From Candidatus Wolfebacteria bacterium RIFOXYD12_FULL_48_21 (GTDB lineage Bacteria > Patescibacteriota > Minisyncoccia > UBA6257 > UBA9933): a stretch of 64,000 nt of DNA. The translations under genes were made by a program, and so were the position numbers. The notes beneath the pieces are model-generated. The model was given only the letters and a program-made list of their open reading frames with translations. It was not told the DNA's origin and ran no database searches. Each line of letters opens with the position of its first letter. Position 1 is the first letter of the stretch. This document shows, one piece after another, positions 49,561-59,161 of this stretch. The stretch is from contig MGIW01000006.1 in the NCBI GenBank assembly GCA_001793945.1, forward strand, positions 70,179-134,178, in the 5' to 3' direction.

Positions 49561-50630
49561 CACACGCATTCCTTATCGTAAAGTTTCTTAGTTTTTTTAT
49601 GGCATCGTTTCTCGTCGCCATTTTGTTTGCTCCGGTATTGATCCATTTTCTCTATAAATACAAGGCGTGGAAAAAGAAGCCAAAAGAACTGTCTATCGGC
49701 GGTTATGCCACGCCGATCTTTCAGAAGTTTCACGCAAAGAAAGAAGTGACCACGCCGCGCATGGGTGGTATTTTGATATGGGGGACCGTGCTGGTAATAG
49801 CCATGCTCGACCTCATTTTGGTGCAGGTACTTCCGTATCCGCTTTCTGAACAAGTCAATTTCCTGAGCCGTTCGCAAACATGGCTTCCGTTGTTTACTTT
49901 GATCGCCGCTTCGCTGCTTGGCTTGGTCGACGATGTCATGACGGTACGCAATAGCGGAAATTATGTCAGTGGAGGTCTGCGCTTTAAATGGCGATTGGCC
50001 ATCGTTTGTTTGATCGCATTCGTGGGCGCGTGGTGGTTCCATTTCAAGCTCGGCTGGAGCAGTATCTACATTCCGTTTCATGGCAATATCGAGATCGATG
50101 GATTGTATATGGTGCTGTTCGTGTTGACGATGTTAGCTACATTTTCGAGTGGCGTCGTGGATGGGCTCGACGGATTATCAGCGGGCGTTCTGACTCCCAT
50201 CTTTATATCCTTTGGCGTCATTGCCTATTCGCGCGGATTGTATGATCTGGTAACCTTGATCGTGGTCATCGTCGGGGCGATGCTGACCTACCTGTGGTAC
50301 AATGTTCCGCCTGCAAAGTTTTATATGGGCGAGACGGGCATCCTCGGACTTACGGCAGTGCTTGCCGTGATCGCGTTTCTGACTAACTCGGTCGTACTGC
50401 TTCCGATCATTGGCATCGTGCTCGTCATTGAATCGTTGTCCGTCATCATTCAGCTAATGTCAAAAAAATTGCGCCACGGGAAAAAAGTATTTCTTGCTGC
50501 TCCAATCCATCATCACTTTGAAGCATTGGGGTGGAGCGAGGCGCAGATAACCATGCGCTTCTGGCTGTTGTCTGCGATCTTTTCCGGTTTGGGTTTGATC
50601 CTATACTTTTTGAGCAAGTTCCTGTATTAA
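49551..50630 (+). CDS. mraY: Phospho-N-acetylmuramoyl-pentapeptide transferase
   Basis: DD motifs and the MraY hallmark PIHHHFE. Confidence 0.85.
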   Translation: MYLTHAFLIVKFLSFFMASFLVAILFAPVLIHFLYKYKAWKKKPKELSIGGYATPIFQKFHAKKEVTTPRMGGILIWGTVLVIAMLDLILVQVLPYPLSEQVNFLSRSQTWLPLFTLIAASLLGLVDDVMTVRNSGNYVSGGLRFKWRLAIVCLIAFVGAWWFHFKLGWSSIYIPFHGNIEIDGLYMVLFVLTMLATFSSGVVDGLDGLSAGVLTPIFISFGVIAYSRGLYDLVTLIVVIVGAMLTYLWYNVPPAKFYMGETGILGLTAVLAVIAFLTNSVVLLPIIGIVLVIESLSVIIQLMSKKLRHGKKVFLAAPIHHHFEALGWSEAQITMRFWLLSAIFSGLGLILYFLSKFLY

Positions 50631-50651
50631 TGGAAAACAATAAACGGTCCG

Positions 50652-50684
50652 CCAGATGGCGGACCGTTTATTGTTCATATGTCT
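50652..50684. terminator. Bidirectional terminator
   Basis: aaacggtccgcc agat ggcggaccgttt. Confidence 0.6.
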
Positions 50685-51130
50685 ATACCCTTGGTTCGAT
50701 AGAATTCGGTCAGATACTGCTTGAGGTCGGCCCGTTCGGATTCGCTTTCGATGATGTGGTAGGCAATAGACAGTTCGTCCGGCTTATCGACGACCTGTGG
50801 AAACGGGGACCGATCCACACCGATGATTGTTTCGATAATATCCTTTCGGATGTTTGTGGAAGATCCAATATAAAATGGTTTGTTCGCGCAGAGGACTACA
50901 TAGACTCCCGGCTTTGCATCCATGGCAAGGATCGTTTTGAGCGATAGGTTTGCCATCCCCTGGGGGGAGCGGCCGATGTCGAGGTAACCGTTCTTTCGTA
51001 GGCGTTCTATATGATAGGAAACCGTGTTTGTCGACGACACTCCGATCTGGCGGGCTATTTCGCGAAACGAAGGAAGTGCCCCACCATTCTTTTCAAAGAT
51101 ATCCAGTATTTGTTTTTGCGCTTTGGTCAT
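50675..51130 (-). CDS. LexA-type winged-HTH DNA-binding domain fused to a GIY-YIG nuclease domain
   Basis: N-terminal MTKAQKQILDIFEKNGGALPSFREIARQIGVSSTNTVSYHIERLRKNGYL is LexA_DNA_bind-like. C-terminal GVYVVLCANKPFYIGSSTNIRKD is GIY-YIG. Confidence 0.6.
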   Translation of the reverse strand: MTKAQKQILDIFEKNGGALPSFREIARQIGVSSTNTVSYHIERLRKNGYLDIGRSPQGMANLSLKTILAMDAKPGVYVVLCANKPFYIGSSTNIRKDIIETIIGVDRSPFPQVVDKPDELSIAYHIIESESERADLKQYLTEFYRTKGIDI

Positions 51131-51324
51131 GATGAAAATAAATTAGAACGCGGATAGAACAATAAAACATGAGCAGTATTCAATGCATTTATTCTACTAT
51201 AGAACAATTATAGAACACTGGTAATCCATAGTCAATTATTACTCAACTTACGCTTATATCGAATGAATTCAAGCGGCGATAATAAACACGGCAAATCATG
51301 TGCTAATTCGTTAGCAGCCCCTTC

Positions 51325-51436
51325 TGTCATCCCGAGTGCAATGTAGCGAAGCGGAGTGAAATCGAGGGATCTGTAGTTGTGGATGACAGTATGTTCCTTC
51401 CTCAGCCATGCGGACTGAATGCTCAGGAATGACAAT
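51325..51436. repeat. MITE-like element (tgtcatcccgag ... ctcaggaatgacaat termini)
   Basis: Internal block identical to the 769-934 copies. Confidence 0.7.
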
Positions 51437-51699
51437 ACGGACTAAGTTAATTTGGGCTGGGTATTTTTCTCTCCTTGTTATGTTGTACTACGACACCGCA
51501 TCCAATGTACTTTGTGTAAAGTAGTACTATCGCAGAAAACGCTGGACCCCGGCCTTTGACTTGGCGTTGCTATCGACCCGCCTTAGCGGAAGTGTGCAAT
51601 GTGCCGAAATGCCTGCGGAGCATTTGTTCTTACGCAAAGCAGGCCGCCGGGGTGACAACTTTTTTTATAGTATTATTTTCTCGTAATGCCATCCCAGAA

Positions 51700-51745
51700 T
51701 TGTCATTCCCGCGAAGCCTGTCCTCGACCCGATCGGGGAACGGTA
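51700..51745. repeat. Short GTCATTCCCGCGAAG-type repeat fragment
   Basis: ttgtcattcccgcgaagcctgtcctcgacccgatcggggaacgg. Confidence 0.5.
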
Positions 51746-52179
51746 ATTTAAAGTCCGAATGCTTAGCTGTCATTACTGCAGAAAGCACCGGGCCCCTGCC
51801 TATGCAAAGCCCGCTCATGCGGACCGCGTGGCGAGCTCCGTGTGGGTGATAAAAAAGGCGTGCCGGTGTTGTATATCTTATTTTGTTGCCCTATACTAAA
51901 GATAGTATTTTATTGTGCACATGGGTAAACCTGTCTTCGTTGCCTATCGGCAACATCGGCAAGGTGCAACAATTCCATATAGGAATTCTTACATTCTTCT
52001 TGCGTGGAATACGGGGTTCGTTCGACGACCGATTTAAGGGTTTTATTTTTCTTTACGCGTATCGACCGATTGGGTCGTTTTTTTATCCCCACATTAATCA
52101 TCGATCCATGTAATTTTCAAAGCTGTTTTTATAGGCTTCACATTTGTCCGGTTGTCTTCTATACTGCCTGTATCGTTTT

Positions 52180-52250
52180 GCGGGATTAGTTCAGTGGTAG
52201 AATGATAGCTTCCCAAGCTGTAGGCGCGGGTTCGATTCCCGTATCCCGCT
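52180..52250 (+). tRNA. tRNA-Gly (anticodon CCC)
   Basis: Acceptor gcgggat/atcccgc, D-loop agtggta, anticodon loop ttCCCaa, T-loop ttcgatt. Confidence 0.8.
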
Positions 52251-52356
52251 CAAAATATGTTTTAAATATCGTTTGACAGTGCGCAATAAAGAGTGTTAGC
52301 TTGGAGTAGTTTTTATTTTACATATACATATATCCATAGAAAGAGGGGGCGTAGGC

Positions 52357-52965
52357 ATGTCGATCATCAAGCCGGAAAGTAGGGCGTTTCGTATTGTTTC
52401 AGGCGAGCACAAAGGAAAGCGTTGCGTTATTCGAGTGGATAAGGCCGGCGATCATGTCGGAATCGTTTTTGCTGACGGTAAAAGTAATACAGCAATTCTT
52501 GTGCGGGTGGGAAGACTGGCAGAATTGGAAACTCCCGGTTGGCCCGATGAGAACCATGAGCGTTCATACGGTCTTCGCGAATATTGCGAGAGGAAAAAGA
52601 GCAACGGTTCAAACATGTTGTACACGCCGACAATCTCCCAGCCACGGGCGCTTATGCCGGGAGATATTTTAACGGGCAGTGGTGAGGTCGTAGTTGAAGC
52701 TCCGCGCAGAGGGTTTAATAGCTCTGTCCTTATTCGTCTTGATAAAACCGGCTGGGTGGAATTGGCTCCTCGACTTCCGATTGCCCTGCACAGCAATAAG
52801 CGATTCAGATTTCCGGATGAGCTGGCTGAGGGTAATAAGCTGGCGACAGGTTGCTTGATTATCGGAAAGCCATATTCGCCGAAGGTCAACTGGACCACGA
52901 TCTGCTTGGATTGGGAGGGTTGTGAAATAGAGGTTCCTTCCTGCATCCCTTTGGCATTGCGATAA
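52357..52965 (+). CDS. Hypothetical protein with two KOW/SH3-like repeats
   Basis: Strong GAGGGGG Shine-Dalgarno. KOW-like repeats RIVSGEHKGKRCVIRVDKAGDHVGIVF and GDILTGSGEVVVEAP. Confidence 0.5.
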   Translation: MSIIKPESRAFRIVSGEHKGKRCVIRVDKAGDHVGIVFADGKSNTAILVRVGRLAELETPGWPDENHERSYGLREYCERKKSNGSNMLYTPTISQPRALMPGDILTGSGEVVVEAPRRGFNSSVLIRLDKTGWVELAPRLPIALHSNKRFRFPDELAEGNKLATGCLIIGKPYSPKVNWTTICLDWEGCEIEVPSCIPLALR

Positions 52966-53187
52966 TCCCTTTGCGTTTTAGGGCAAAGCCCGGTGGTCAC
53001 CTTTGTAGGGTGTGCCACTGGGCTTTTTTTTATTGCAGTATCTCGGCTATTTTGAAGGGTTTTCGCCCCTCTGAGCTACTGGCTTTTTGGGCTTGTTTTT
53101 GCTATCATAATGGTAATGGATTCTCGCCTCTGCGGGAATGACAGAACTTACATAAGTGCCAGATAATGGCCTTTTATTTTCTAAGAC

Positions 53188-56100
53188 ATGGCGAAAAAAG
53201 CAGAAAACATAGAAGAAGAGAAGCCTCGGAAAGCGGCTGTTAAAAAGTTGGACGAACCGACCGACAACAGGGGAAGTGCTTCGTATAGCGCGAAGGATAT
53301 TCAGGTACTTGAAGGATTGGAGCCGGTGCGCAAGCGCCCCGGTATGTATATCGGCTCGACCGGCGAACAGGGATTGCACCATTTGATCTGGGAGGTGTTC
53401 GATAACTCGCTCGATGAAGCCATGGCGGGTTATGCCAAGAGCATTAAGGTGGAACTGTTGAAAGACGGTACGGTTACGGTGGCCGACGATGGGCGCGGTA
53501 TTCCTGTAGACATTCATCCGAAGACAAAAAAGTCCGCACTCGAAACCGCGGCTACTACATTGCATGCGGGTGGCAAGTTTGATGGCGACTCGTACAAGGT
53601 GTCTGGCGGTCTGCACGGCGTGGGCCTTTCGGTTGTAAACGCACTTTCGACATGGATGAAGATCGAGGTGTGCAAAGAGGGCACGATGTACGCACAGGAG
53701 TATAAGATTGGTAAACCGCAGTATGATGTAAAGAAGGTGGGCAAGTGCGCGGCCAACGGAACAAAGGTTTCGTTCAGGCCGGACGGATCCATTTTTTCCG
53801 TGCTCGAATTTGATCGCAAGGAGATTGTGAGCCATTTGCGTCGACAGGCATTTCTGACCAAGGGTATCCGCATCGAGATCATCGATGATCGCGAGGATCT
53901 TCCATTCTACTACTCCTTTTATTTTGAAGGGGGACTTATTTCGTTCGTTCGCTATGCAAACCGCAATCACAACCCTGTTCATAAGGAGACCTTTTATGCG
54001 CATAAAAGCTACGAAGGTATCGAGGTTGAGTCGGCATTCATCTATAACGATGATCCCGATGCTCGTGAGCTTAGTTTTGCTAATAATGTATACACCCCTG
54101 ACGGTGGTATGCATGTGACCGGATTCCGCACGGCGTTGACGCGCGCATTAAATGAATTCGCGCGGAGTATTAATGCATTGAAAGGAACGGAAGAAAACTT
54201 GACCGGCGACGATGTGCGCGAGGGTATTACAGCGATCATTTCCGTGAAGTTGCGCGATCCGCAATTTGAAGGGCAGACCAAGGCCCGCCTGGGAACACCG
54301 GCGGCACGCGGAGCGGTGGAGTCCGTACTTTCCGAAGCACTGAAGGAATACTTTGAAAAATATTCGGGCGATGGCAAAGCAATCATTGAAAAATGTATCT
54401 TGGCCCAGAAGGCCCGCAAAGCCGCGAAAGCCGCAAAAGATACCGTATTGCGCAAAGGCATGCTCGAGGGTATGACTCTGCCGGGGAAGCTTGCCGATTG
54501 TTCCAGCCGCAAGGCTGCCGATTCCGAACTGTATATCGTGGAGGGAGACTCTGCGGGTGGCTGTTTTTTTGGAAAAACAGAAGTTGCGTTGATCGATGGA
54601 AGAAACATTTCTTTTGAAGAACTTGTCGAGGAGGATAAGCAGGGAAAGCAAAATTATTGCTATACCATTAAGGATGATGGGCATATCGGCATTGCCCCGA
54701 TATTGCATCCAAGAATCACAAAAACAAACGCGTCCGTCGTTAAGGTTATTTTGGATACGGACACGGAGCTTATCTGTACCCCGGACCATTTATTTAGGTT
54801 GGTTGATGGTTCGTATATCCCGGCAGTCGAACTTACTTCTGATCATAGTATCGCGCCTTTGTATAGAGAATTATCAAAAAGAGAAGGCAGGAGTACGCTG
54901 GAGGGTTATGAGATGGTTTTTGACCCTATGTCAAAGAGATGGATATATACGCATGTTTTAGCCGATATGTATAACCTCAGAAATGAGGTTTATGGTGCTT
55001 CCGCCGGGAAGTACAGGCACCACAAGGATTTTAATAAGTTAAATAACAATCCGGAAAATATACAACGGTTACCTCGAGAACAACACATGCAAGTGCATTG
55101 TGATCATCTTGAACATACCCTACATCGTCCTGATATAAAAATAAAATCCACAGAAGCGAAAAGAACCAAAGAATTCAGGGAATTGGCACGCAACAAATCA
55201 TTAGAAAAGAGCGGGTTATTCAGGGCCAATGCAAAAAAGCAATGGGAGAGCGAAGCGTACAAGGCATTCATGACCGCAAAATTCCTGGAATTCTATTATT
55301 CGAATGATGGGTATCGAAAGAAGAATAATGAGCGGTTGAATGCGGTGCAGCGGGAATATTGGAGCAATGAAGAAAATCGGAGCAGGCAGGCCGAGCGGGT
55401 AAAAAACCATTTTGAATCACATCCGGAGCGAAAGGTGCTGCTTTCCGAAATGGCCAAGGCACAATGGCAGGATTCCGTTCTGCTGGATTGGAGGAAGAGT
55501 AAGACCAGCGAGCAGTGGACTACGGACTTTAGGCAGAAGCGAAAAGAATCTTACGGCAAGATGTATCTGGAAAAAGCATTGCGAACATTGCATGGGATCT
55601 ATAAAACAAAACATACCGTTGATAAGGATAGTTATAATGCAATCCGAAAAGAGACGAACGATAAGAGTCTGATCAAATACGAAACGATTTGCCAAAGATT
55701 CTTTAGTGGCGACGAGCGCAAGCTGGAGGATGCGGTTATGCATTACAATCATCGCATAAAGGCAGTGGTCCCGATGGAGGAAACTTTCGATGTGTATGAT
55801 ATCGAAGTTCCGGAAACGCATAACTTTGCCTTGGCGGCGGGTATATTTGTTCATAACAGTGCTAAGCAGGGTCGTGATCGCCGGTTCCAGGCCATTCTTC
55901 CGCTCAAGGGAAAGATATTGAATGTCGAGCGCGCGCGCCTCGACAAGATGCTCGTCAATAATGAAATCAAATCATTGGTCATCGCGCTCGGCACTGCCAT
56001 TTCCGATAGCTTTGATATCGAGAAGTTACGGTACCATAAAGTGGTCATCATGACCGACGCCGATACTGACGGAGCACACATTCGAACATTGTTATTGACT

Positions 56101-56487
56101 TTGTTCTATCGTTTCTTCCGTCCGGTGATTGATGGAGGATTCTTGTACATTGCGCAGCCGCCATTGTTCCGCCTACAGCTTGGCAAGGATGTACGGTATG
56201 TGTACACGCCCGAGCAAAAAGACAAGGCCGTTGCGGAAATGACCGCCGGTAAAAAAGCGGAATCGAATGTCAATGTCCAGCGTTATAAGGGTCTTGGTGA
56301 AATGAACCCCGACCAGCTTTGGGAAACGACCATGAATCCGGAGTTTAGAACATTGCTTCAGGTTGAGATCGACGACGCAGAGGAGGCTGATCGGTTGTTT
56401 GAGATCTTGATGGGCGATGAGGTTGCACCCCGCAAGCAGTTCATCCAGTCGAATGCGACATTGGTTAAAAATCTCGACATAACCTAA
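53188..56487 (+). CDS. gyrB: DNA gyrase subunit B, interrupted by an in-frame intein
   Basis: Exteins read ...LYIVEGDSAGG | SAKQGRDRRFQAILPLKGKILNVE..., the conserved GyrB Toprim region. N-terminal HATPase and C-terminal GyrB tail are intact. Confidence 0.95.
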   Translation: MAKKAENIEEEKPRKAAVKKLDEPTDNRGSASYSAKDIQVLEGLEPVRKRPGMYIGSTGEQGLHHLIWEVFDNSLDEAMAGYAKSIKVELLKDGTVTVADDGRGIPVDIHPKTKKSALETAATTLHAGGKFDGDSYKVSGGLHGVGLSVVNALSTWMKIEVCKEGTMYAQEYKIGKPQYDVKKVGKCAANGTKVSFRPDGSIFSVLEFDRKEIVSHLRRQAFLTKGIRIEIIDDREDLPFYYSFYFEGGLISFVRYANRNHNPVHKETFYAHKSYEGIEVESAFIYNDDPDARELSFANNVYTPDGGMHVTGFRTALTRALNEFARSINALKGTEENLTGDDVREGITAIISVKLRDPQFEGQTKARLGTPAARGAVESVLSEALKEYFEKYSGDGKAIIEKCILAQKARKAAKAAKDTVLRKGMLEGMTLPGKLADCSSRKAADSELYIVEGDSAGGCFFGKTEVALIDGRNISFEELVEEDKQGKQNYCYTIKDDGHIGIAPILHPRITKTNASVVKVILDTDTELICTPDHLFRLVDGSYIPAVELTSDHSIAPLYRELSKREGRSTLEGYEMVFDPMSKRWIYTHVLADMYNLRNEVYGASAGKYRHHKDFNKLNNNPENIQRLPREQHMQVHCDHLEHTLHRPDIKIKSTEAKRTKEFRELARNKSLEKSGLFRANAKKQWESEAYKAFMTAKFLEFYYSNDGYRKKNNERLNAVQREYWSNEENRSRQAERVKNHFESHPERKVLLSEMAKAQWQDSVLLDWRKSKTSEQWTTDFRQKRKESYGKMYLEKALRTLHGIYKTKHTVDKDSYNAIRKETNDKSLIKYETICQRFFSGDERKLEDAVMHYNHRIKAVVPMEETFDVYDIEVPETHNFALAAGIFVHNSAKQGRDRRFQAILPLKGKILNVERARLDKMLVNNEIKSLVIALGTAISDSFDIEKLRYHKVVIMTDADTDGAHIRTLLLTLFYRFFRPVIDGGFLYIAQPPLFRLQLGKDVRYVYTPEQKDKAVAEMTAGKKAESNVNVQRYKGLGEMNPDQLWETTMNPEFRTLLQVEIDDAEEADRLFEILMGDEVAPRKQFIQSNATLVKNLDIT
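54562..55857 (+). mobile_element. GyrB intein (432 aa) with HNH homing-endonuclease signature
   Basis: Starts with Cys (CFFGKTEVALIDG) and ends with HN before the Ser of SAKQGRD. Internal HHKDFNKLNNNPENIQRLPREQHMQVH is HNH-like. Confidence 0.85.
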
Positions 56488-56493
56488 GTAGGA

Positions 56494-56581
56494 TGTCATC
56501 CCGAGCTTGTCGAGGGATCTGTAGTGCAGATTCCTCGGCTCCACAGAGTACTGCTCCGCTCGGAATGACAGAGGAGCGAGT
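56494..56581. repeat. MITE-like element immediately after the gyrB stop
   Basis: tgtcatcccgag...cagattcctcggctccacagagtactgctccgctcggaatgacag. Confidence 0.7.
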
Positions 56582-56650
56582 GCCTTTAAAATCCTTGCAT
56601 TTTCTCAAGGTTTAGTGTATGGTAATTACTGTCTAACTTATTATATTCTT

Positions 56651-56836
56651 ATGTTTTCACGTCTTACTTCGTATTTTCAGGAAGCACAGCTCGAATTCAA
56701 GCGGGTCAACTGGCCAACCCGGCAGGAGACCATTCGATTAACCGGCATGGTTATCGGACTTTCGCTCATATTCGCCGTCTTTTTGGGTGTATTGGATATG
56801 GTGTTTAATTACATACTCGTCCATTACTTCATCTAA
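56651..56836 (+). CDS. secE: Preprotein translocase subunit SecE
   Basis: Single TM. EFKRVNWPTRQET. Synteny with nusG. Confidence 0.75.
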   Translation: MFSRLTSYFQEAQLEFKRVNWPTRQETIRLTGMVIGLSLIFAVFLGVLDMVFNYILVHYFI

Positions 56837-56873
56837 TTAGGAATTGCGCGTAGCGCATTAATGCACATTATTC

Positions 56874-57470
56874 ATGACTGAAACAACATCACAACCGACT
56901 TCGGAAAAGAAGGCTGAGAAGAAAAAGGAACTTTCCCAAAAAGGGGAGCGACATTGGTATGCCGTGCACACCTATTCCGGCTACGAAGATGCCGTTGCGC
57001 GTTATTTGAAACAACGCGTCGATTCTTTGGAAATGGATGACAAGATTTTTAATGTTGTCGTTCCCAAGGAAAAGAGCATCAAGATCAAAAACGGAAAGCG
57101 CAAGGAAGTCGAGGAAAAGATTTATCCCGGGTATGTGCTTGTCGACATGATTATGGGCGAAGACTCATGGTATGTTGTGCGCAATACGCCGCGCGTTACC
57201 GGTTTTGTCGGATCGGATTCTACCGAGCCGACGCCGTTGTCGAAAGAAGAGGTTGATTTTCTGCTCGCCCGCATGGAAGGCGGCGAGAAGAAAATTACTT
57301 TGGATTATGTCGTTGGCGATATCGTAAAGATTACCGACGGACCGTTCAAAGACTACGAAGGAAAGATTTCCGACATCGATCAGGAGCATGCAAAGATCAA
57401 GGTGCTTGTGCCGATCTTCGGACGAGAGACTGCAGTCGAATTGGATTCATTGCAGTTGCAGAAAATATAA
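56874..57470 (+). CDS. nusG: Transcription termination/antitermination factor NusG
   Basis: NGN domain WYAVHTYSGYE and KOW GDIVKITDGPFKDYEGKI. Confidence 0.9.
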   Translation: MTETTSQPTSEKKAEKKKELSQKGERHWYAVHTYSGYEDAVARYLKQRVDSLEMDDKIFNVVVPKEKSIKIKNGKRKEVEEKIYPGYVLVDMIMGEDSWYVVRNTPRVTGFVGSDSTEPTPLSKEEVDFLLARMEGGEKKITLDYVVGDIVKITDGPFKDYEGKISDIDQEHAKIKVLVPIFGRETAVELDSLQLQKI

Positions 57471-57577
57471 GCGCGAATCAAGAAGCATGAATCATGAATA
57501 ATGAATGAATGCGGATGAGATTCTTGACATATTCCTTACCATAATTCATTATTCAGTATTCATAACTCATATACAGT

Positions 57578-58003
57578 ATGGCAAAAGCAATCAAAACTAT
57601 AGTAAAGCTTCAAATCCCGGGTGGCGCGGCAAATCCTGCTCCTCCGATTGGTCCGGCGTTGGGTCAGCACGGCGTGAATATCGCGCAGTTCTGCCAGCAG
57701 TTCAATGAGGCGACCAAAGATATGGTCGGAAGCATCATTCCTGCGGAGATTAATATCTATGAAGATCGAACCTTCGACTTCAAGTTGAAGACCCCCCCGG
57801 CGTCCGATCTGTTGCGCAAAGCGGCAGGCGTCGCAAAGGGATCGGCAAATCCATTGAAGATCAAAGTAGGAACCGTTACCGAGGCGCAGGTGCTCGAGAT
57901 TGCCGAAAAGAAGATGGTGGATCTTAACACCGAGAACGTCGAACAGGCGGCCAAGATCATCAAGGGTGCAGCCCGATCGATGGGAATCACGATTACGGAA
58001 TAA
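57578..58003 (+). CDS. rplK: 50S ribosomal protein L11
   Basis: [26 protein letters not shown]. Confidence 0.95.
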   Translation: MAKAIKTIVKLQIPGGAANPAPPIGPALGQHGVNIAQFCQQFNEATKDMVGSIIPAEINIYEDRTFDFKLKTPPASDLLRKAAGVAKGSANPLKIKVGTVTEAQVLEIAEKKMVDLNTENVEQAAKIIKGAARSMGITITE

Positions 58004-58130
58004 AATAGCTCGTAAGCTCGTCAGCCGGGGTTAGCTCGTAAGCGAGAATGCGGGATGCAGAAAAAGAGGCGCATGCGCCTCTTTTTTGGTAACAAGGGTT
58101 GTTATTCTCGGCTCAGGCCCCGTATCGTGG

Positions 58131-58296
58131 TACGGGTCCGCCAGCCGGCGGATCCGGCGGGAATCTGGGGCCTGTGTCATTCCGGCGGAGGCCGGAATCC
58201 ATTTCAACCTCGTGCGGAACGCACAATTATAGATGCGCGTGTCGCGCAAAGGTGGAAGTGGATCCCGGGTTAAGCCCGGGATGACAATCTTCTGTG
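58131..58296. repeat. Cluster of MITE/REP-like palindromes
   Basis: gtccgccagccggcggatccggcgggaat..., tgtcattccggcggaggccggaatcc and gatcccgggttaagcccgggatgacaatc. Confidence 0.65.
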
Positions 58297-58327
58297 AACT
58301 GTGAACTATTTTCTGTATACTATAGCT

Positions 58328-59059
58328 ATGGATATCAAAGGAAAGACAGTATTCATCACTGGTGGGGCGACGGGCATCGGACTGGAAACTGCGAAAAAAT
58401 TCATCGCCGAAGGTGCGAATGTGGTCATTTATTCCCATGGCGCGACAAGCTCGGAAGCGATGTCGCTTCCTGTCGATCGTGCATTAGTCATAGAAGGGGA
58501 TGTATGCGATCGAGCACAAGTTGCCCTTGCTATTGCGGAAGCAAAGAAGCGTTTTGGCGGCATCGATGTGCTTATCAACAATGCGGGCGTTGCCCAGCGC
58601 AAGCGATTTACTGATACGACGGAAGCCGAGTGGCAAAACATGGTCAATGTGAACCTGGCCGGCATGTTTATTGTTACGCAGGAGGTTTTGAAGATCATGG
58701 ATACTGGCGTTGTGGAAACCGATCATGACGGTTGCACTGTGAAGCGAACGAGCATCATCAATATTTCATCGGGGGCGGGACTCTTTGGCATTCCCGAGCT
58801 TGCCGTGTATTCGGCGACCAAGGCCGGCGTGATCGCGTTTACGCAGGCGTTGTCGGCCGAGCTGGTACAGTCGGGCATCGATGTGATCACTATTACTCCC
58901 GGATCAGTAGGAACGGATATGTTCAAAGAACTGTTCAAGGGCACAGAGGCGCATCATACACCCGCAGATGTCGCGGAAGTAATTTATAAGACGGTCACCG
59001 GGGAAATGAAGCCGGATAACCGTCTGATCGTGGATTCGTTCTATCACCAAAGGGTATAA
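58328..59059 (+). CDS. Short-chain dehydrogenase/reductase (SDR)
   Basis: TGGATGIG, NNAG and a YxxxK-like YSATK. Confidence 0.8.
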   Translation: MDIKGKTVFITGGATGIGLETAKKFIAEGANVVIYSHGATSSEAMSLPVDRALVIEGDVCDRAQVALAIAEAKKRFGGIDVLINNAGVAQRKRFTDTTEAEWQNMVNVNLAGMFIVTQEVLKIMDTGVVETDHDGCTVKRTSIINISSGAGLFGIPELAVYSATKAGVIAFTQALSAELVQSGIDVITITPGSVGTDMFKELFKGTEAHHTPADVAEVIYKTVTGEMKPDNRLIVDSFYHQRV

Positions 59060-59107
59060 GGGCAGTGACATGGATGACTGCGACAAGAGTCAGAGAAATT
59101 CTGAAAT

Positions 59108-59156
59108 AAAAAACGCTTAATAATATTGCTATAGCAATATTATTAAGCGTTTTTAT
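59108..59156. terminator. Long palindromic bidirectional terminator
   Basis: aaaaacgcttaataatattgc tat agcaatattattaagcgttttt. Confidence 0.6.
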
Positions 59157-59161
59157 CCGCA

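Noticed and set aside
51480-51900. Possible RNase P RNA or other structured ncRNA
   Set aside because: The match is only to an AAAGTCCG fragment of the conserved RNase P P4 strand. The P4 partner strand lies about 25 nt away instead of about 280 nt, and the region is built from the GTCATTCCCGCGAAG-type repeats. No credible cloverleaf, tmRNA or SRP motifs.
53047-54114. 355-aa ORF antisense to the gyrB 5' region
   Set aside because: Shadow ORF. gyrB on the plus strand is certain.
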